This document shows, one piece after another, positions 53,401 to 64,000 of a DNA stretch of 64,000 nt. This DNA comes from Tubiluchus corallicola (taxonomy: Eukaryota; Animalia; Priapulida). Both the position numbers and the translations under genes were made by a program. The notes under the pieces were generated by a model that saw nothing but the letters and a program-made list of their open reading frames with translations, did no database searches and was not told the DNA's origin. Positions within the stretch are counted from its first letter, which is position 1. Every line of letters begins with the position of its first letter. The stretch spans positions 558,001-622,000 of the forward strand of contig JAQGDQ010000074.1 in assembly GCA_030141605.1 (NCBI GenBank), given 5' to 3'.

Positions 53401-56400
53401 TTGATCTTTTCACTGTTTCTCTTTCAGGGGCAAGTTTCTGTAGGTAAGTAAAACATTTAATTATTGTGCATCCATTTTCTTTATAATATTCTCATACTTA
53501 TAGATTTTATATAGTAATATGTGATAGAGCAGCACAGGTGCACAGTAATCAAGATTTGTGAACATCTGCTAAAATTTGATTTGTCGGCTTATTAGTTTAC
53601 TTAGTTCCTACCGAAACGTTTATTGACACAAAGAATGTACTAGAGCATGTAATGCAGCTTGTAGTATGTAACACAAAGACATGTCTAATAACTCTGTCTC
53701 AGAGAGTCAGTCCAGGGTGCAGTTTTAAGTTTTGACACTATTTTTGCATACCTTTCTTTGCTCATGCTTACCGTTTTGTATTATGTGAGATTTGGTGGTC
53801 AGTGAGTATTACAAAACGTGGTGTGGGTAGACCACATGATAAAAACCACTATGCTAAAACAGGCGTCACAGTATTTACTTCGCAGGTGGATTTATAGGTT
53901 TTGGTGAAGTTGTAATTTCTTGCAATACAGCTACAGCTAATAGTTCTGTAATTTTTCCCAATAGTAGTCACCTGGACTATTATGTGCGCTAATGGAACTC
54001 GATCATGCACCCGTTAAACTCAGAAAGTAGTCTCATTCTTAGATTACTAATTGGTGTGAAAGATAATTAGTCAGTAGTCAATCTTACCAATATTATTTCC
54101 ATCTTGTCAGGCTCGTTCTAGAAATTAGCTTTTTTATCAAAAAACCTTGATCGTCTTATTTTGTTACATGCTCAGATAATGTCAATAGGTCATAATAGAG
54201 AAGCTTGTTTTCCAGGAGACAAGCAAGGATCGCAGCAGTCGCACAAGCGAGGAATTCAAACATCGCCAGATGGTAAGATTAAAAAACAAATACGGGTGTT
54301 CTTTATAAATGTCGTAGACAATACAACAACGAATTTTTATACTAAATGTAGGCTGGACTAAATCTGAGTATTTTATTTGATACTTGTTTATATATACTAC
54401 CTTGACACTTGTTGTCCTGGAAATGTGGCAAAAAAGATGAAATGATAACATACTACTTTGTTTGAGATAGTTTCTCTTTTTGTCATGTAGTAGTTATAAT
54501 AGAATCCACTTGGTAAAAGCCAAAGAATCTGCAGAGTCTTTGGGCATTACCCCCTTCCATTATGCAATCTATTTTCATAATCTGGTATCTCTTGTCTCGA
54601 TATGTCTAAAGCCTAATAGTTAAGAAGTATCAAGGAGTATTTTAATGACTACTTTACATTTGCAAACTTACGTGTTTGCCATCATAAAGACATGTGAACT
54701 TTATAAATTTTTCATTCTTCGTGTTGTGTAGTAGTCATTACATTGTGCTTAATACTAATAATTGAGTTTGGGAAACAGGCAAGCTGTAATTTTATTTTCA
54801 TGTTCATGTAATAATGTCTCCATTTAGGAACAGTGTCAAATCTTCCATCTAGCATGGTGCAGGATCAATTTGGAATCGTAGGTTTGCTGACATTCATAAG
54901 AGTGGGAGAAACGGACCCGAATTTGGTGTCTTTAGCCTTAGGAAGTGATCTTACCACATTAGGTCTTAATCTCAATTCTCCAGAGTAAGTATGATCTTTC
55001 CTTTTTGCTACTGAGTGATCTAAAGCCTTGGGTAATTTTAGCTATTTTCATAGTTGATTAATCATCACCCACACGCAAAATACAGTAAGTCCTCGCTTAG
55101 TGATGTTTCGTTTTAATGACGTTGAACATTTGACACCTTTTTCCCACTTAATGACGCATGTTTCATTTTGACGATGATTTTTTTACTGTGGTCACAGCCA
55201 TACCTAATTTGACCTATTTTTTTTACCTAATTTGAAGCATTAAAATGGTACATATTGTGTTATTCTGTTCTGAAAATGCAACCTAAACAGTACAATCATT
55301 ATAATGCTTTTGCTTCATGTCTACATACTAAATTGTAGCGGTTCTAGTCCTTTGTCTCAAGCAAGATCTATTTTGGCGATTTATATGTCTCCACACAGCC
55401 GAGTTTAAACTTTATGCCAAGGAATTTTGTCTGCAACCTAACTGTTGCTATAACAACCAGGTTAGTACTACATGAAATTGTTTCAAGGCCACTTCATGCA
55501 GGTTTGGGTCTCACTAGGCAGTGTTTAACTGCTAACTGTCTATAGATAGGCTTCAACGTTAAAGAAAGAGAACCGCTAGCAAGTCTAGCTAAATATTATA
55601 GAAATATAGGTGGTTTCAAGCAAACAGAAAGAAATTAATCAGTAGGAATATCAATAAAACCCATAAAACAATTAAATTAAATGATTTAAGCAGCATAGAT
55701 TTTTGCTTTTGGAATGTATCTCATTCTTTTACATTACTTTCTGTGAAAGTCTTAGTTTCGTTTAACAACGTTTCACTTAATGTTGCATTTTTCTGGAACA
55801 TATTAGCGTTATTAACTGAGGACTTACTGTAGTATAGGTCTTGAGATTTCGTACTTAGCAAGCAATTTAGCTTAACTTTTTATATATACATTTTTATGTT
55901 GATAAATTTTCTTACTGGGAAAATAGCTGAACTTTGTTTTATAACTTCATTTTTGTGCTTTTGAAAAGTGTCGCAAATAGATTACTAAAAAAATTTAAAT
56001 TTGGAAATAACCAAAATATTTTCCAGAAATTTGTATCCAAATTTTGGCGGTCCATGGGCGGATCAACCATGCAGGCCTCAGGATATAGATTTTCACGTTC
56101 CACAGGAATATTTGTGTAATATGATATTACGAGAAAAGGTGAGTATTATTCTGTATCTTTAAAATTGTAATTAAGACCCAACTAATTAGCGATGAATTTA
56201 ACTTTTGGAAAATATTACCCATCATTTTCTTCCTAATCACTCGTACACATAAATACTATTTTTCAGCTAGCACCAATAAAACTGAATCGGTATGGAGAAG
56301 ACTTGCTGTTTTATCTGTTTTACACAAATTGTGGCGATGTCTTACAACTGGCAGCTGCAGCCGAACTGTAAGTTTATTCTATTTTACCATTCATAATAGA

Positions 56401-57496
56401 CAAAATTGTTGATAAATATTAATTACTATTTCTTTGGATGTTGAAAATAGACATAGAAAATTACTAACCAAATTAGTGTTTGAACCTGAGATTTATGCTT
56501 GCAATGCTCAAGTTGTCTTTGTGAATGGTCACGCCTGAACTTTTGCCTTTTTTACATTGTCTTTTCATTAGTTTTGCATAATTTTTTCGATCTTGCTTTT
56601 GTTCTCAAATAATTGAGAAGTAAAGTTAGATTACCATCTCTTATGAAGGAAAGTTGTTCAAGGTAATTTTAATTAAGCATTTGTTACTAAAGACTAATAG
56701 TAAATAATCAGCTAGCTAGACAAATTACTTGTTAAAAACACTGCTGTATTTTTTAAAATAAGAAATTAGGTACCAGGTATGCAAAATTAATAAGCTAAAA
56801 TTGCTACTGGTTTTAAAACCACTCTAAAAATAAAATGCATGGCAGTACAGCACATATCGTAATATAAAATGTAAAAATTAGAGCAGCAAATGGTTGGCCC
56901 AAACTATTCTCTAAATTTTTAGACATACAATTTAAACGGCAGTTTAATACTTGACTTGGTACTTTCCAAGACCAGAACGGACTTGTAAGTGGAATTTTAT
57001 GAAAACATTTTCATAAGTACAATTGCGTCTATTTTCTTACTTTGCTGTGTCCTGAGATTGTTCCACATTATAACAATTATGGTCCCTTAAAATTTGATTT
57101 TCTATTAGTTTAATTTTTGCAATTCAAAAAAGAAAACAACATTAATTCTCTGTATTTTCTGCATTCAAAACTTTTCTTGGCTTCACTTTAATTGAGCAAA
57201 AAATATTTTTACATCATAATTTGGAACCACGTTACTTGCATTTTTTTCATAGTTATAATCGTGAATGGCGGTACCACAAAGAAGAAAGAGTATGGATATC
57301 ACGGGCACCAGGCATGATTCCTGTGGAAAAAGCAAACACGTATGAGCGTGGCACCTACTACTTTTTTGACGCTCAGAGTTGGAGGAAAGTTGCGAAGGAA
57401 TTTCACCTAGATTACGACAAGTTGGAAGGACGACCTCACCTGCCTCAATCAATGCATCATAATCCAAACCCGCTACATGCAACATTAGGCCAATAG
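47386..57496 (+). CDS. CNOT2: CNOT2 CCR4-NOT complex subunit 2, whole spliced gene model (15 exons plus an optional microexon, about 577-578 aa)
   Basis: C-terminal NOT-box region: DQFGIVGLLTFIR, LGSDLTTLGLNLNSPE, EDLLFYLFY, EWRYHKEERVW, YERGTYYFFD. Also LDLSEFPSL and EDFPALPG motifs. Phases are consistent. Confidence 0.96.
48099..48155 (+). CDS. CNOT2: CNOT2 exon 2
   Basis: ttctag|RFGIGDQYWSANTPQSQS|gttagt, phase 2-2. Confidence 0.65.
48606..48696 (+). CDS. CNOT2: CNOT2 exon 3
   Basis: taacag|FGMSNSSGRKSAPDLSPGRTNVSSMSGFPK|gtaaaa, phase 2-0. Confidence 0.72.
49634..49708 (+). CDS. CNOT2: CNOT2 exon 4
   Basis: ggttag|IFPEDQLPGSQVIFPRPRSKDGTFK|gtattc, phase 0-0. Confidence 0.6.
50062..50194 (+). 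CDS. CNOT2: CNOT2 exon 5
   Basis: ctgcag|SYLYGGDDDDNEASMYF...HRQEKDPLTSPSPNQLSGFGSSLI|gtaata (compare human HRSEKDMLASPSTSGQLSQFGASL). Confidence 0.9.
50665..50806 (+). CDS. CNOT2: CNOT2 exon 6
   Basis: ctctag|GNMSQLQQRG...QFNRSTSVPGHITPT...ASPNR|gtatat. Confidence 0.88.
51376..51602 (+). CDS. CNOT2: CNOT2 exon 7
   Basis: tttcag|NMFAPVSR...SMAAFGFSSSMSRAF...IFSST|gtattt. Confidence 0.88.
51913..52032 (+). CDS. CNOT2: CNOT2 exon 8
   Basis: ttttag|GNESGTSGLDLSEFPSL...NPMTGRPAY|gtatgc. Confidence 0.93.
52750..52839 (+). CDS. CNOT2: CNOT2 exon 9
   Basis: ttgcag|VGMVKQPQSEQQQEFQIQAEDFPALPGSTQ|gtattg. Confidence 0.94.
53040..53080 (+). CDS. CNOT2: CNOT2 exon 10
   Basis: atacag|VSEHGRDSADPTKS|gtaagt, phase 1-0. 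Confidence 0.78.
53428..53443 (+). CDS. CNOT2: CNOT2 16-nt alternative microexon (GQVSV-G)
   Basis: Long polypyrimidine tract cttttcactgtttctctttcag and consensus donor AG|gtaagt only 16 nt apart. Confidence 0.65.
54176..54272 (+). CDS. CNOT2: CNOT2 exon 11 (alternative start at 54189)
   Basis: gctcag|IMSIGHNREACFPGDKQGSQQSHKRGIQTSPD|gtaaga (compare human FPGDK...KKGIQVLPDG). Confidence 0.88.
54828..54984 (+). CDS. CNOT2: CNOT2 exon 12
   Basis: atttag|GTVSNLPSSMVQDQFGIVGLLTFIR...LGLNLNSPE|gtaagt. Confidence 0.97.
55083..55829. mobile_element. Tigger/pogo-type MITE in a CNOT2 intron
   Basis: TIR cagtaagtcctc...gaggacttactg flanked by a TA duplication; subterminal gtttcgttt and cacttaatg motifs at both ends. 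Confidence 0.85.
56027..56138 (+). CDS. CNOT2: CNOT2 exon 13
   Basis: ttccag|NLYPNFGGPWADQPCRPQDIDFHVPQEYLCNMILREK|gtgagt. Confidence 0.97.
56267..56367 (+). CDS. CNOT2: CNOT2 exon 14
   Basis: tttcag|LAPIKLNRYGEDLLFYLFYTNCGDVLQLAAAAEL|gtaagt. Confidence 0.97.
57253..57496 (+). CDS. CNOT2: CNOT2 terminal exon 15
   Basis: tcatag|YNREWRYHKEERVWISRAPG...KEFHLDYDKLEGRPHLP...TAG. Confidence 0.97.
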
Positions 57497-58670
57497 AGAA
57501 CTGTGCAAGTGTTGTCAGAAACGGACTTACTGACTGATGGCATCGTGTTGTGGTGCTGGCCATGCTACTGCCAGTTAGTGGATTATCCCGTTTCTTTCTC
57601 ACTTCTTTAATGGCTAGTCATTTTTAGAGTAAACGGTGATATAGCTAGGTTAATGATCTGCTTCCACCTGAAAGAAGTTTTCAATTTTGACATGCTAAAC
57701 AACAGGTACTGTGGATGCAGAAACTTGTGCACATTCATAAACAAATTGTTTAAAGCTTAAGCAGATTACACATACACAATGCAGACATTGCATTAGTCCA
57801 GCTATGTACAGGTAATTCTTACTGGAGTCTAACAGTTCAATGCAAAGTCACCTGCCTGTATACTTGATCATATGTTACTATTTTTCATAACTGTGTACGG
57901 AATTAGCAGGCTTTTGCAGAATCTTAATACATGTAGTATCCAAAATGTAAACCTAAACTTCTAAGTGTGGTTTGAATTTAGTTTGTAAGTAATTGTTAGT
58001 TTTTATTCTATAACCATTCCAACCTATATTTGTGAACAGACATTTGCCCCAACAAGTAGTAGATGTAATATGTCATTATAATGAGTTTTTCAGACAATTT
58101 CATCATGTTGTTGTAGTAACAGAACTTAATTTGTTCAACATTACCAGAAGTGTTAGAAGTGTTAAATTGTTTCTAATGATTTCTTTTGTTTTGAAATTTA
58201 ACATTTTTTCACGTTAATTGCAAGAATCTAGACTCAGCTGATAGTACATAATATTTCTGTACATGTATTTGAAAATGTACAGATGTCTATACAGTGACTA
58301 TAGAAAATTTCTTGCCAGCCCAGTGCTCAGCTAGAATTCTAACAATAATAATGCAGAGAAGTAATAAAAAAGCACGGATTTCTAAAAGTGTAAAAAACTT
58401 ATAGTATATTGTTTGCAACACTGTAAAAAAGTGTTTATGCGATTTATAATTTTGTGAGAAGTGAGAGCCCGATGTTTGTGTCAGGCCCATTCATGTGTGA
58501 TAGATGGAATAGTGATCATGTGCTTACTTTTTGGGAATATTGAGTCCTTGTAATCCTGTAAAAATTTTGTACAATTTGTTAAATACATAATTTTTCAAAA
58601 TACTATTTTGTTTTTGATATGAACTATGAATTTTATTTCACACATCAAAAAAAAACAATATCAAAACATT

Positions 58671-58676
58671 AATAAA
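58671..58676 (+). terminator. Candidate CNOT2 polyadenylation signal
   Basis: AATAAA about 1.2 kb after the stop; another at 58363 and one immediately downstream. Confidence 0.4.
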
Positions 58677-60199
58677 TTTTAAATAAAATAATTTGAGTAC
58701 TGCGAGGTGAGTGTACGACCATACGGTCACTAACTCACCTTACTTAAATGAAAAAATGATTATAGTTATGCAGCTTCTGTAGATAACTTAATGTAAATAA
58801 GGATGAAGCAAATGATGTAATAATAGCAATGGTATAAGAGCAGTAAACCTGAGAGTTGAGAAAGGAAAACATAATATGTAATTACGACTTTGAGTGAGCC
58901 TTAAAGAATGAAAAAAAAATTAAATAGTTACGAATTTGAATTTTGTGATTATCTATCAATGCACCACTTACTTGTATATACATATGCACATGTATGTACC
59001 CAAATTTAAGTGGGGGAGAAGAGATTAAATTATATATTATACTTGTAATAATAACTTTAATTGTATAGAACATTTAAATATAATTGATGGTAGTAATGTA
59101 GCCATCATAACCATTAAAGATGGGTGTGGGGAGGGGGAGCAAATTATAAGAATATAAGCGATTCATTAGCAAAATTAATGCTACAATAATACAATTTTTT
59201 TGTATCACTGGTATTTGCTGGTTACAAGCTAAGAGCATGCAAGGGCTTATTTTCCAAGTGGAAACAGATATAGGCTGCGATGAATGAATAATTTCATTTT
59301 AATTGATTTATACCTGTTATTAATAAAGTAACAAATGCCGTAAAGATACCTATTAATAAAGGAAAAACAATTAGTGCAGAAAAAGACATGCACAAAAAAG
59401 AGAAAAAACCTCTGGTCTTCTACGCGCATAACTTTTCTTCCATACTTCCATGATACATTTCTTCCATAATTTTACTCCCAACAGTATCTCTGTTGATGCA
59501 ATTTATGTTGTGCAGTATTCCGATAGACACAGATTTGTACCGATTAATTTGTACAGATTAATCTTTATCCAACAAGGAGCTGGATTTCTGAACTGCATGT
59601 ATTGCACTGTTATGTTTCAAGTATAGTATTTCGTGGTTGTGCAAGTTTACACATTTTTCCAGAATGCACACGTGGTTCTGTTATACAAATCAAAAATGAC
59701 AAATCAAAATCTGCAGCAATGTTATGATGCATAAAGAGGAAGCTCTTTTCAGCTGGTGCTTAAGTTCAATTTCATCATGCTATTTAATTGCACTAAAACA
59801 TTATAAAAGAAAAATCATAAGATTCTTGTATACGTGTTAAGTTACATGAACGTTAACATCGTAAATGTTTTACAACCCTTTGTTTCAGCAGAGAAAAACA
59901 ATAAATGTTTACTTTTGTTTTTGAAGTACCGCCTGCAATATCGTTGCTATACATAAAAAGTTAGCCCATAAAAAATGCAGCAGCTTTGATATTTTTCCTC
60001 CAGTTTGCAAAGAAATGGTTTGCAGTAAAAAAAGATTTTCTGTGAAATAATGTGAAAAGCCTATTTTAAAAAGGCAAATAATTTTTATTTTCTATCTACA
60101 TGCTATCTTGCAGAAGAAAATCAATGTGGAATAACATTTCAACTTGGAGTACAGTACATGGCTGGCAAAATTATTTCGTCGTGGAAGTGCATGTTATCC

Positions 60200-60420
60200 A
60201 GATGATACACATTGTAGAGAGGGGGGACAGCCCCTTCCTTCCATTGTCTTCGCAGTTTTTCTGGACATTTTTGAACGAGCATAACATGGCTGCTCTACCG
60301 CAAATATGGCTACAGCTCTCCAGTTTGGTGTCATAGGCGTTTAATGGCTGCGAATTTGTGGAATTCCGTATTGTAGAATTGGCCCTCCTCCCAAGTTTGA
60401 TGCATTGCAATCGGCTGGCG
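60200..60420 (-). pseudogene. Decayed THAP-domain fragment, probably from a DNA transposon
   Basis: EFHKF, ICG and KLRRQWKEGAVPPLY (AVPT-box-like) occur in THAP order across frameshifts. Confidence 0.35.
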
Positions 60421-60696
60421 TTCAGTTAAAGCGCCACCTATAAGAAATTTCATTGCGTTCTTTATTTGAGCATCGGAGTTAGAAGTATCTTGCAGTTGCA
60501 TCAGGAAATTAGCTCAGGGAATTTTTTATATTTCTGGTGAGTAATTCTACTTATTATTAATTTTACTCTGCTATTAAAAATTTTAAATTACATTAGAAAG
60601 ATTAACGGGTGGTTGTGTATTACCAGAAGCAGAGCCGAAAAACTTGTAGCCTATGCCTGCAACAGTGTAACGTATTTTGTGATTTTTATGAATAAA

Positions 60697-61125
60697 TAGC
60701 TTAGTAAGACCCAAATTAGAGTATTGCATGCAAAGCACACTATAGAAAAGATGGTAAGCTTCTAGCGGGTGTGCAGCATAGGGTCACCAACATGATTCAA
60801 GATATGGAGGAAATGTCATATCAAGAGAGGTTTAGAAAATGCTCACTTACAACTCTAGAGTTGAGGAGACATAGAGGAAACTTGATACAAATGTATAAAA
60901 TTACACGTGGGTAACATTGAAAGAGAAAAAATGTTTACACTGGCAAGTGACGGCAGAACCAGAGGGCATTCTAAAAAAAATTAAATAGAGCTAAATTGGA
61001 TTGTAGAAAATATTTTTTCATGGAAAGAGTGGTTAGAGAGTGGAATTTACTCCCACCTGAAATTTTTAAAGCTTCTTCAGTGAACAATTTCAGGAACAAG
61101 CTGGATAGGTATTTAGCTATGAAAT
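60697..61125 (+). mobile_element. CR1 LINE 3' fragment
   Basis: SLVRPKLEYC, VQHRVTNMI..SYQERF..LTTLELRRHRGNLIQMYKI, RTRGH, FFMERVVREWNLLP..SVNNFRNKLD. Confidence 0.92.
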
Positions 61126-63878
61126 ATGGGGTTACAATGAGCTTGCTCATTAACCTCTACCACTCTTATATTTTAAGATGGGTCCCTGACTCCCTGCATC
61201 ATACACTTACAGTCACATTGAAAGTGGATGCATTTTACTTCCTTTGTCTTTGGTTCAGCCTTTAAAAGTGATATTTCAGTATTTCTATGGGTGCAGCTTT
61301 TCAGCTTTAATTGGGATCGTTCTTTGTACAATTCCATTCCTATGTGTCAGTTCCTGTTACTTTCTCTTCTTTGACCGCCACAAAATGAATGAATAATTGA
61401 ATATGTGAATGAATGAGTTTCATTAAAAGAGAGAATAAACGACAGACAAGCGGATGAGCAAACAAGCGAGTGAGTGAGTGATTACATGACTGAATAAACA
61501 AACAGTGGATGACCAAAATAACTATGTATTTAACAAAAGTAAAAAAATAAAATTTTATAAAATCAAGTAAAGGAATAAATAAATTATGCTGTATAAATGA
61601 GTAAACAAAAGATTAGTAACAAACAATTAAAATTTAATCATGATGGGACTAATTAAGTCATAAGTGGATTTGATTTATATTAATTAAAATTTTGCCGATT
61701 TATCGTTAATGTCATTTTAATTTATGTCTAATATTTTACAGTTTGACATTTTTTAGTAATTAAAACTTTGCATATAAGTGAAACCTAACATGTGCTGTAT
61801 AACTAAGTGATGAAGTGATATGTTGTTTATTTATACTTTCAATTTATATTTGTATTTTTTTGCATTTTTTTGATCAGTGATCCCATGTTTTATAGGCCAC
61901 TACACGTGTTGATAGAATGAACTTGTGAAATGCTACTAAGTTTTGAACCCTCTGTTCCTAAACTACTACTCTGCTTTCTCTCTCCCTCAAAAGTAGTGAA
62001 TGTAATTAGTGCAAGAAGTGTAATCCTTCACACAAATGGTTTAGCTGTTTTCTTAGTCTCTTTAATAAGCTGTGATTTTGGTACATATATTGTTTAGTGC
62101 TGATGGTTTAAATTTAATTACTTTTAAATATCTTTTGTTATCATGTGCAATAACAGTACTAATACGATGTATTAATTTCTTGGAGCGTAGCGTATATAAT
62201 ACGTACTTCATTCTGTCGTTAGCCTTGACGTTTACAGTCTATTGTTATTGTTGTTTAATGTACAGTAGACTAGCCGTCGCGGCGTCATTATACTTTATTG
62301 AAGTGGATATCGCTGGGACAGTGGTCAGAATATACTGTTACTCGTTCTGTAGAAAGGTTATTTTTAGAACGTTCGCCTGATAACGGCGTCTGTTGTCAAT
62401 AGTACAGTAGGTCACACAATAACATGTTGAGCAAATTAAATGTACAGTTGAATACAGCTGCAGTCTGCAAAGTTTTCGACAGCGGCGTTCTAGTTTTTCC
62501 TTCTATAAAGCAAACTTTGCATGGTGGCCTTTAGTTTTTGTTATACAACTTATACTTAATTGTAAAGATCAGTAACGTTGTCACAGGCCCGGTCGCATTG
62601 GCTGCAGCGCCGTCTTAACGCGTGGCCATGAGCATAGGTACCCTTGCTAACCTACGCATGGTGTGACTTGCTGTCTAAATGAAATACTGTACTGCACTAA
62701 ACTATAAATATTTGTTATTGTGCTACAAGTGGATTTTGGCATTCGCCTCTGATCTGGTAGTACGATCGCCTCTGCAACCTCACGTGCATGTATGTGTACG
62801 GATCTCGCGCTGCAGTACGTAAAAGTCATGATGTTGACGTGTGATTGAATGTGTGATGAATGTCACATGATATCGGTTATTTTTATATGCCATTGGTTAT
62901 TGGAGATTCAATCTGAGATTGTGACTTTATGTATATATTTAATTCCAGTATGAGTTTTATTTTGCCCAATACTAACACTATAGAGTGCCACGTCTTGCAT
63001 GAGACTGAAAGCTGCTACCTATTTTTTACTTTATAGTTATTATTAAAAATTATTTGCTGAGCAAAAGCTGATGTTTGCGTTGGAAAATTCAAATCAAGTT
63101 TCTAGTCAACAATTTTTGCAACTACTTTTTTTATAAATTAGCATTTTAATTTTACAAATTGTCAGAATAAGTGTGTGGCAATGTGCAACAAATGTTGTGA
63201 AATTAGTGATGTGTGTCACTTATGTTTCTATAAGAATTTTAATTGGTCTCACATTTACACTTGCAGATATATGGCACAATTGAACATCAACTGGATTAAT
63301 CATCAGATGGAAAGTTGCCTACCATGTTCATCTGATGACATCCTAAGAAGTACATCAGAGCAGAATATGCCTGCCGGTCAAGCCAAAAAACAGAATCATC
63401 TAGTCACTGAGAGTAATCGTCAGGGAGTAGAATCCCAAGTTACGGGACAGAGTAGTTGACTGCCAAGCTGTCTTTTTTAGATCATAAAGTTGTAAGTTCA
63501 GGGTTCTTATATAAATATTTAAAGGAGAAGAAAAAAGTATTTTAAAGTATATGTCCCAAAGAAACTTTCCGTACAAAGTTGTATTACTTGGCATTATGCT
63601 TAGTTATTTTAAAAACGTCTGTAGTTGGAAAAGAAAAATATTAATAATTTAAAATGTTCGCGCCATCTGATAAAATGTCACCGCATCACCACTGCAGTGT
63701 GCACCACGGATTCATGAAAAAACACGTTTTTTATCTTGCTGACAATATGAAATAATTTATATTTTTGTTTTGTTTGCAAAGTGTGTAGTATGAATTTTCT
63801 AATTTTTTTCAAACTTTATGCAATGTTAACCGAACATGCTTAAATTTATTGCTCAATGATTGACTGTTAAAATGTCTG

Positions 63879-63952
63879 TGCCTAACTGCCAATGCAGGAG
63901 TTTAAATTTACAACTTGCCTAACTGCCAGTGCAGGAGTTTAAATTTACAACT
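63879..63952. repeat. Tandem duplication, 2 x 37 bp
   Basis: tgcctaactgcca(a/g)tgcaggagtttaaatttacaact occurs twice. Confidence 0.95.
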
Positions 63953-64000
63953 TTTTATGCAGTGTTACTGCTAATGTAAGCTCATGCATGCAATAAGACA

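Noticed and set aside
57183-57602. 139-aa minus-strand ORF
   Set aside because: Antisense shadow of the CNOT2 last exon

Overview
AT-rich, intron-rich animal (invertebrate bilaterian-like) genomic DNA. It is not prokaryotic: I found no CRISPR array, rRNA or tRNA. Three conserved nuclear genes can be rebuilt exon by exon with consistent GT-AG phases. DOT1L (H3K79 methyltransferase, + strand, 21 coding exons, 7548..36102, about 1958 aa). TTI2 (TTT-complex HEAT protein, - strand, main exon 39797..38355 plus 1-2 short 5' exons up to about 41790), convergent with DOT1L. CNOT2 (CCR4-NOT subunit 2, + strand, 47386..57496, about 577-578 aa), divergent from TTI2. Non-coding space holds a nested foldback/inverted-repeat complex directly upstream of DOT1L, a spacerless 78-bp palindrome, a probable decayed Academ transposon in DOT1L intron 4, two Tc1/mariner-pogo MITEs, two LINE 3' fragments and a THAP remnant. 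Most notable: (1) a 16-nt CNOT2 microexon whose frame is rescued or poisoned by two acceptors 13 nt apart; (2) a TTI2 leader ORF in frame with the CDS but interrupted by a TGA-CGG codon; (3) tandem Fbw7-type degron motifs and other short motifs in the DOT1L tail. Homology calls rest on recalled family motifs, not on database searches.
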